Origin: Deltaproteobacteria bacterium
GTDB taxonomy: Bacteria; Desulfobacterota; Binatia; Binatales; Binataceae
NCBI GenBank assembly: GCA_021786815.1
Contig: JAJYMR010000264.1
Coordinates: forward strand, 1-35,755
Direction of reading: 5' to 3'
DNA length: 35,755 nt
Shown: piece by piece, positions 27,088 to 35,755 of the stretch
Position numbering within the stretch: position 1 is the first letter of the stretch
Layout: the number at the start of each line of letters is the position of its first letter
Made by a program: the position numbers and the translations under genes
Notes under the pieces: model-generated
Database searches by the model: none
Told to the model about the DNA's origin: nothing
What the model saw: the letters and a program-made list of their open reading frames with translations, nothing else

Positions 27088-27478
27088 GCATTCAAAATCA
27101 CGCAAATCGCGTTCCACGGGCGAATGTTCCGCAAATTCAACCGGGCTTTTGGCTCGCGATTCCGAAAGTCGCAGCGCTTGTCCCTTTTGGGAGCAGGAGC
27201 CGAAGCACACACGTGTCGCGAATCGGGCGTCAGAAAGATGGCTCGCCCACGGTCAAATAGGTAGCTAAAATACCTGTTTTTGGCTCGTTGATGTGGACCT
27301 TGCGCGCGGACGACGGCCTAAGACGACTGGTTTTGAGCATCAAAGCCGGGTCAAAATCATCCGAGGTCTGAGCTTTGTGGTCCAAAGCATGCTTCGGGAC
27401 CCGGATAGCGACGCGCCCCGGCGCTTCGTCGGAAACGCTGTCGATGGAAAGATCAGGCTTCGCAAAAGGAGAGTTGCG

Positions 27479-27997
27479 ATGCACAAATGCGAACGCCCGC
27501 GAATCGCGAAACGGGCATTGGATAACTTCGGGCTGCGCCGCGCGCACCGGCGCCTCGCGAGCGCAGGGTTCGCGCTAATCCTCGCTGCTGCAGTGGTTGC
27601 AACGCATGTCGGGCTCGCTGTGTCGGCCGAACCTGCGCCGCCCCCGTCTGATGAGCTGATATTGACCGGGAAGGCCGACTACCTGGTGCATTGCGCGCCA
27701 TGTCACGGAACCAGCGGCACAGGTAACGGCCCGGTCGCGGAATTCCTCAAGCAGCGCCCCGCGGATCTCACCCGGCTGTCCGAGAAAAGCGGCGGGCGCT
27801 TCCCCGAAAAGCACGTATTCAAGGTTATCGAGGGTACCGCCATCGTCAAAGCGCATGGCACGCGCGAGATGCCGGTATGGGGCAACGTGTTCAGCACGCA
27901 GGCCCTCGATCCGTTCAACCGGGCCCAGACCGAACGCGAGGTTCACGACCGGATCGACCGCCTCATCGGCTATTTGAAGTCGATCCAGCGGAAGTAG
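27479..27997 (+). CDS. Monoheme class I cytochrome c
   Basis: Hydrophobic leader, CAPCH, GNGP, PADLT, HGTREMPVWG (Met ligand); AGGAG RBS before ATG 27479. Confidence 0.88.
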   Translation: MHKCERPRIAKRALDNFGLRRAHRRLASAGFALILAAAVVATHVGLAVSAEPAPPPSDELILTGKADYLVHCAPCHGTSGTGNGPVAEFLKQRPADLTRLSEKSGGRFPEKHVFKVIEGTAIVKAHGTREMPVWGNVFSTQALDPFNRAQTEREVHDRIDRLIGYLKSIQRK

Positions 27998-28042
27998 AGT
28001 GCTTCGCCGCACGTACCCGCACGCGCGGCGAAACCGCGCCTG

Positions 28043-28834
28043 CTAGACCATGAAGCCGCCGTCAACGCTGATGACCTGGCCGGTGATCGCACCCGCCGCG
28101 TCAGAGGCGAGCAACGCCGCCATCGGACCCAGTTCGTCGGGTTCGACGATTCGCCGCTGGATATTCTGGCTTTCCGCGCCTCGCTTCGCCTCCTCGGGGC
28201 TGACGCCCATCATCGCGCCGAGCACGTTCCAGTCGACCAGCTTCGTATTCGTCCATCCCGGGCAGAGCACGTTGACGTTGATACCGTATGGCGCCGCCGC
28301 GTGGGCGAGCGAGCGCGTGAAACCGATAAGCCCGTGTTTCGCGGCCGAATACGCAAGCGGTCCGCCGCCGTTCTTCGCGTAGCCGGAACCGATACTGATA
28401 ATCCGCCCCCACTTCTGTTTCATCATGTAGGGAAGCGCGGCGTGGGTGGCATAGAACGCCTGGGTCAGGTTCAGGAAGAGGTTGTCCTCGAAGGCCTTCG
28501 GGTCATGTTTCAGATGGTCGAGTTGATCGGGGCCCTCCGCGACGAGTCCGCCCGCGTTGTTGACGAGGATATCGAGTCCGCCGAGTTTGCGCGCCGCCTC
28601 GTTGACGCCCGCCGTGATCTGCTCGCGGCTCATCACGTCCATCGCAACCGCAAATCCGCGCTGTCCCCGCGCCTTGATTTCGCCGGCGACCGCTTCCAGC
28701 TCGCTCATCGAGCGCGACGATACCGCAACGTCAGCGCCCGCATCCGCCATCGCAAGCGCCATCGAGCGGCCGATACCGCGTCCTCCACCGGTCACCAGCG
28801 CCCGCCGTCCCGTGAGGTTGATAATGTTCTTCAT
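28043..28834 (-). CDS. Short-chain dehydrogenase/reductase (SDR)
   Basis: TGGGRGIG, NNAG, catalytic S and YSAAK, PG, VDGG. Confidence 0.93.
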   Translation of the reverse strand: MKNIINLTGRRALVTGGGRGIGRSMALAMADAGADVAVSSRSMSELEAVAGEIKARGQRGFAVAMDVMSREQITAGVNEAARKLGGLDILVNNAGGLVAEGPDQLDHLKHDPKAFEDNLFLNLTQAFYATHAALPYMMKQKWGRIISIGSGYAKNGGGPLAYSAAKHGLIGFTRSLAHAAAPYGINVNVLCPGWTNTKLVDWNVLGAMMGVSPEEAKRGAESQNIQRRIVEPDELGPMAALLASDAAGAITGQVISVDGGFMV

Positions 28835-28933
28835 GACGTCTGTCTCTCTCCGTAGCGAAATGAACCTGTTTTGGTATCACGAGCCTGGTCAGGGTAACCC
28901 GCTCGCGGACGGATTGCATAGGGGGCCCGTATC

Positions 28934-28980
28934 AGGACGGCGGACGCGCTCGGAGGGTCGAGCGCGACGCCGAGCGTCCT
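28934..28980. terminator. Long imperfect hairpin downstream of glgP
   Basis: AGGACG..CGCGCTCG-N6-CGAGCGCG..CGTCCT. Confidence 0.35.
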
Positions 28981-29068
28981 TCGCCGGGTTCGAGTCGTAA
29001 TCGGCTTTCGTGGCAGGATGCCGGTGAGCGCCTTGGGCGAATCCTACGCGCGCGAAGCAGCCGGCGGT

Positions 29069-31702
<2,634 letters not shown>

Positions 31703-31988
31703 TTACCTGCCGAGCTTGCTTGCCCGCCGACATCAGGGCATGGTGGCGTTCCCGCCGACGCAACCATTCGGAACAGCCGGACCCGCCCCGCCACTGGCTG
31801 AACGCTCACCCGCCGGATGTCCGGCATATCGCCACCCTACTTGATGCGGGGACGCTTGTGTAGGTGTGCGCGCGACCGACTTACGCTTTCGCCTTGATCC
31901 GCAGACCCAGCGCAAGAGAGGTTCGAGCTTTCCGCCGAGCGAAAAGGTGAGAAATTCCGGGCTGCCGGCGCTTCTTGGCACACGCCGC

Positions 31989-32008
31989 AATTCGATATAC
32001 ACCTAATT
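31989..32008. promoter_or_regulatory. Imperfect palindrome, probable autoregulatory ArsR operator
   Basis: AATTcGaT-ATAC-AcCtAATT, an AT-rich dyad 4 nt upstream of the ArsR-DUF2087 ATG, which has no SD. Confidence 0.45.
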
Positions 32009-32012
32009 TGAT

Positions 32013-32612
32013 ATGAATCGAACAACCGCCAGCAATGGGAACGACACGCTGTTGAGGTTCTGCAAGGCGCTGGCGGATGAGAGCAGGCTGAAGCTCGTCG
32101 GATTGCTGGCGAAAAACGAGCACAACGTGCAGGAGTTGGCCGCGATGCTCGGGCTCAAGGAGCCGACGGTTTCGCATCACCTGTTGGTTCTGAAGCAGCT
32201 CGCGCTGGTCAGGATGCGGGCCGACGGCAATACGCATTGGTACCGGTTGGATCAGGACGCTCTGCACCGGATCGCGCGCACCGTGTTCAATCCCGAAAAC
32301 CTGGCGCGCCTGGCAGCCTCGGCCGAGGCAGAGGGATGGGAGCGCAAGGTCCTGTCCAACTTCGTCGAGGGCGAGCGCTTAATCGAAATCCCGGTATCGA
32401 GACGCAAGCGATGGGCGATTCTGAAGTGGCTTGCGGCGGATTTCGACCCGGCGGCCACCTACGACGAGGCGCAGGTGAACGCGATCCTGAAGCGACGGCA
32501 TCACGACTGCGCGATGCTGCGCCGCGAGCTTATAGGATATCGGATGCTGGCGCGCGAAAAGGGTATGTATCGCCGCTTGCCGGAATCCGAATGGCGCGCC
32601 GCGGACACGTAG
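32013..32612 (+). CDS. ArsR-family HTH regulator with C-terminal DUF2087 domain
   Basis: KALADESRL..ELA...L.EPTVSHHL..L HTH; C-terminal IP..R.KR..IL...F....Y.E.QVN..L...H.D...LRREL....ML.R. Confidence 0.88.
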   Translation: MNRTTASNGNDTLLRFCKALADESRLKLVGLLAKNEHNVQELAAMLGLKEPTVSHHLLVLKQLALVRMRADGNTHWYRLDQDALHRIARTVFNPENLARLAASAEAEGWERKVLSNFVEGERLIEIPVSRRKRWAILKWLAADFDPAATYDEAQVNAILKRRHHDCAMLRRELIGYRMLAREKGMYRRLPESEWRAADT

Positions 32613-32652
32613 GATCGCGCATCGAGGCGGCGGGGCTGTCGCGCGTAAGAAA

Positions 32653-32748
32653 TGGCGGAGGGGGGAGGGAGTCGAACCCTCCGGCGACAGTATTAGCCGC
32701 CAGGCCGGTTTTGAAGACCGGTGCGGGCACCGGCCCGCTACCTCCTCC
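32653..32748 (-). tRNA. selC: tRNA-Sec (anticodon UCA)
   Basis: Minus strand GGAGGAGG..6-bp D-stem GCGGGC/GCCCGC..CCGGT-CT-TCA-AA-ACCGG, long variable arm, GAGGG-TTCGACT-CCCTC, 8-bp acceptor stem, G-CCA; 96 nt. Confidence 0.96.
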
Positions 32749-32810
32749 GCATCGTAAAAGGCCTTAAGATTGCAGGAGAACTTCTGTAGACCCTAGGCGT
32801 TCCAGAAAAT

Positions 32811-32831
32811 TGACCACCATTCTGACCACCA
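32811..32831 (+). repeat. Direct repeat TGACCACCA x2 (12-bp period), probable integrase arm-type sites
   Basis: TGACCACCA at 32811 and 32823, between selC and the integrase. Confidence 0.6.
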
Positions 32832-32870
32832 CGATTGACTGACGTTTGTGATGCACATAAAACCGTGCGG

Positions 32871-34163
32871 ATGACGCACAACGCGAGTGAGCAGGGAAAA
32901 GCGCGCCGGGGGACTCGCCGTCGCGGCCGGGGTGAGGGGCTGCTCCATAAACGTAAAAGTGACGGTCGATGGGAAGTACGCATCGACCTAGGACGCGGGC
33001 CTGACGGAAAGCGGAAACGCAAGAGCATATACGGGTCAACACAGGCAGCGGTCATCGAGGAACTCGATCGGTTGCGCGGGCAACTGCGTGATGGAGTGGA
33101 CCTGGCCGCGGCCGACCAAACCTTGGCGGTGTACCTGCGGCACTGGTTAAGGCAGATGCAGGCATTGTTGCGACCCCGTACGTGGGAGTCGTACACGACC
33201 ATAGTGGAGAAACACGTAGTTCCCACGCTCGGTCAGGTTAAGCTTTCTGAGCTCACGCGTCTATCTGTTGCACGGTGGTTAACAGGCCTGCATGCGAAGG
33301 GATACGCCGATCAGACGCTACGGAATTGCCGCGAAGTCGTGCGCCGTGCTCTTGCCGACGCCGTCGGCCGTGCACTCACGAGTAATCCGGCGGCAAATGT
33401 TCCGCTTCCGCGCGCGCAGCGCCCTGAGAATAGCGAAGCCGACGATGATGGCGCCGATGCGGCGGACGCAGAGGTTAACGCGCTGACGCCGGTCGAGGCG
33501 GACCAGCTCCTGAAAGCCGCTGATGAGGCCGATGGCCGATACGCCCCGCTGTTTGCAGTGACGCTAGCGCAGGGACTGCGTCGAGGAGAGGTCCTCGGGC
33601 TTAAGTGGAGCGACGTTAACTGGGAGAAGCGCACATTGCGAGTGCGGCGCGCGCTGCAGCGGGTCCGTTTGCCCGAGTCCGAGATGGTTGGTCAAAATGG
33701 GTCGCAACGGCCGCGCAGGACGAAGCTGGCTCTAACCCCGGTGAAGTCGAAGAAGAGCCGCCGTACTATACCGCTTGCGGACGTCGCCGTAGCTGCGCTT
33801 GAGGCTCGGCGCGCACGTCAGGAATCGGAGCGCATGTTAGCTCGCGATCGGTGGATCGAAACCGGGCTGATATTTGCAGCGTCCGATGGCGGACTCCCTG
33901 ACCCTTCACATGTGGACGCCGTGTTCGCGGACGCACTGGACCGGGCCAAGGTTCGGCGGATAAGGTTGCACGACCTCCGACACACGACCGCGTCTTGGCT
34001 GCTGTCCCGTGGGGTGCAATTGACGGTGGTGAGCCGGATACTGGGACACTCGACGGTGAGTATCACGGCTGACATTTACGGCCATATTTCGGAAAACGCG
34101 ATGACTCGGGCGGTCGCGGAAATTGATGCGGCGCTGGATGAGGTAAAGGGGAAACATGGATGA
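32871..34163 (+). CDS. Tyrosine recombinase/integrase
   Basis: N-terminal arm-binding region (GEG....DGRW...GKRKRK..YG.T), catalytic R (GLRRGE), K (KSKKS), HDLRH, LGH, Y (DIYGH) all present. Start ATG 32871. Confidence 0.95.
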   Translation: MTHNASEQGKARRGTRRRGRGEGLLHKRKSDGRWEVRIDLGRGPDGKRKRKSIYGSTQAAVIEELDRLRGQLRDGVDLAAADQTLAVYLRHWLRQMQALLRPRTWESYTTIVEKHVVPTLGQVKLSELTRLSVARWLTGLHAKGYADQTLRNCREVVRRALADAVGRALTSNPAANVPLPRAQRPENSEADDDGADAADAEVNALTPVEADQLLKAADEADGRYAPLFAVTLAQGLRRGEVLGLKWSDVNWEKRTLRVRRALQRVRLPESEMVGQNGSQRPRRTKLALTPVKSKKSRRTIPLADVAVAALEARRARQESERMLARDRWIETGLIFAASDGGLPDPSHVDAVFADALDRAKVRRIRLHDLRHTTASWLLSRGVQLTVVSRILGHSTVSITADIYGHISENAMTRAVAEIDAALDEVKGKHG

Positions 34164-34815
34164 GCAGCTCAGGGCAGACGTGCAGGCACTTGGTTTGCCT
34201 GAGTGGATAATACACCGGATATTCCTAACGCCGGCTGAAGTCGCAGCGCTGTTCAGGGTATCGGAACAGGCGCTAAGTGATTGGCGGAAGGAAAAGGGGC
34301 GAACCGGAGGGCCGCCCTTCGTGCCCAAAGGCCGAGTCGTACGATATCCGACCAAGTTATTTGTTGCTTGGCTGCGGGACCGCCTGAAGGGAGCGATGCC
34401 GACAGGTACGGTGGTGCTGGTTCCGAGCGCTAAACCGGTGGACGTCGTTTGGCTTCATCAGGTTGCCGAGATCCTGGAGCGTGTAGTAGCCGCGCACTCC
34501 CTTCGACCGCCCCGTCTTGAGCAACTGCTGTCGGAATCCACGAAGCTCTGTGAGCTGGCGCAACTTGTGGCCGAAAGCGAGCCACGTGCGGTTGACCCGG
34601 CAACGGCCGGCGGCCTGCGACGGCGCTATCGGCGCCTGAGCAGGGTCCGCGATCGAATTCTCCGCACCTCGCGGCCGCGCCGGCGCGAGAGCCGCGCACT
34701 ATCGGTTGGCGTCAGAGTTCTAGCCCAGAAGCTCAACCGGCTTGCGAGCAACCCCGAAGTAAAGAATATCCTGACGTTGAGAGCGCTTGCCGGCGAGCAG
34801 ATCCAGGAGACCTGA
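34156..34815 (+). CDS. Excisionase/AlpA-like HTH protein with C-terminal helical extension
   Basis: FLTPAEVAALFRVSEQALSDWR....GPPF...GRVVRY; overlaps the integrase stop. Confidence 0.7.
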   Translation: MDEQLRADVQALGLPEWIIHRIFLTPAEVAALFRVSEQALSDWRKEKGRTGGPPFVPKGRVVRYPTKLFVAWLRDRLKGAMPTGTVVLVPSAKPVDVVWLHQVAEILERVVAAHSLRPPRLEQLLSESTKLCELAQLVAESEPRAVDPATAGGLRRRYRRLSRVRDRILRTSRPRRRESRALSVGVRVLAQKLNRLASNPEVKNILTLRALAGEQIQET

Positions 34816-34969
34816 GAGCAGCTGCACCAGCACCTCTTGGCTCAAGAAGCTGCTTGCCGAGGGCGCTGTCCCTATATGATATGGGACGGAGTTTCGGCGT
34901 GTTTCCGGCGAATCGTGAATCGTGTCGCGCGCCAGTTCCGGATCGTACGGGATCCGGTGCACCTCGGAT

Positions 34970-35334
34970 GGTTCACGGCGTGCGTCCTTGGACTTTCCGA
35001 CGCGGCCCACGGCTCCATCAGACGCGGGCGAGCACAGGACTCCCCGGTTCTCGTGTGAAGTGTTTCCGTACGTGCACGGGGTTTCCGACCGCGCAGGACC
35101 CAGACGCCCTCGCGATATCGATGCATCCGATGAAGCCTTCCTGTTCGCCCATGGCGTCGGCGTCCTGGAGCGATTCACTTTCGCGGCTCAATACCCGGCC
35201 CGCACGCACCCCTGTCAACGCTTCGCTGCTTCCCTTGCGGAAAACCGCGCGTGACTCGAGGGCGTCGTGGGTCGCTAGCCCTTCAACGTACGACTCTTTC
35301 ATTCGCAACACTTCGCCGGTTTATCCCGGGGCAC
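34970..35334 (-). mobile_element. Truncated group II intron (5' end / domain I only)
   Basis: Minus strand starts GTGCCCCGGG and contains ATGAAAGAGTCGTACGTTGAAGGGCTAGCGACCCAC..GAGTCA..GCAAG..GCGAAGCGTTGACAGGGG..GGCCGGGTATTGAGCCGCGAAAG..ACCCCGTGCACGTACGGAAAC..GAGAACCGGGGAG, recognisable domain I sequence of bacterial group IIB introns. No RT ORF or domain V follows. Confidence 0.78.
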
Positions 35335-35643
35335 GGGGAGTTTCAAAGGCTTAATCGGGGTGATTTTCGGCTGCGCATTGACACTCGTGAGCGCAAGACG
35401 CGGAAATCGCGTTCACGCGCTCGATCTATGAAGTAGACAAGCGTCCGGTCGCGACCTTGAGAACGTGCAGCAGGACGTCGCGCCGCATCGGCACCGCTCT
35501 TTACCGCGCCTATCTGCGGCGTCTTAGCGGACCGTCTCTTGGAACACCATCGACTCCGGGTCTGTCGCTCATGGCCACTCGATCGCATACCATCCCGCAT
35601 TTCCAGAATCAGCGAGCTTTTTGATGCGTGAATTTTCCTTTTC

Positions 35644-35754
35644 TTAGCGTTCAGGAATTGTTGCAAGGCGAAGCTGCATTTGTTTGACTGATGCAGTCAT
35701 GCTCTCAGCCCGGAAATCCTTTCCCGCAATTGGATACCCATGGGGGATCCAATG
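35644..35754 (-). CDS. Possible C-terminal end of an island cargo gene
   Basis: Frame open from the window edge: HWIPHGYPIAGKDFRAESMTASVKQMQLRLATIPER-stop; no recognisable motif. Confidence 0.25.
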   Translation of the reverse strand, partial: HWIPHGYPIAGKDFRAESMTASVKQMQLRLATIPER

Positions 35755-35755
35755 T

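Larger units (their letters stand above)
32749..35755. mobile_element. End of an integrative element / genomic island at selC (continues beyond the window)
   Basis: tRNA-adjacent tyrosine integrase, Xis-like HTH, arm-like repeats, intron remnant, and visibly more A/T-ending codons than the host genes (not computed). Confidence 0.75.

Noticed and set aside
34935-34970. Hairpin CCGGATC-N6-GATCCGG as group II intron domain V
   Set aside because: Lacks the AGC/CGC catalytic triad, the GNRA loop, the ~34-nt domain V geometry and a domain VI.
35018-35311. 97-aa ORF MLRMKESYVEGLATH
   Set aside because: Falls within group II intron domain I RNA, so most likely a spurious ORF.

Overview
A GC-rich bacterial chromosomal window. 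The lineage cannot be proven from sequence alone; gene style suggests a soil/peat Gram-negative such as Ca. Binatota (weak inference). Left to right: the 5' end of an RfaH/NusG-paralog gene missed by the ORF track; a DUF1302-like outer-membrane protein whose 5' leader is two tandem ~77-nt structured repeats; a PerR-rubrerythrin-Fe-S oxidoreductase-DUF3501 oxidative-stress operon with a Fur/Per box; thiD; a GT-C-like membrane protein; a small CX5R phosphatase; a TolC-MFP-RND-YgaP(DUF2892) efflux operon preceded by a duplicated sigma54-like promoter and an ArsR-type palindrome; PaaI, EthD, PolX-PHP and an aldo/keto reductase; a complete clade II N2O reductase cluster (cyt c-nosZDFLY-nosB) plus a divergent cytochrome c; an SDR, glgP, ArsR-DUF2087 and tRNA-Sec (selC). 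The right end is the boundary of an integrative element (tyrosine integrase, Xis-like HTH, truncated group II intron) that sits unusually on the 5' side of selC. The most notable signals are this 5'-side selC integration with an acceptor-stem mismatch, the tandem RNA-like leader, the tandem sigma54 motif, and the lipoprotein-type clade II nos cluster. No database searches were run; family calls come from recognisable motifs.
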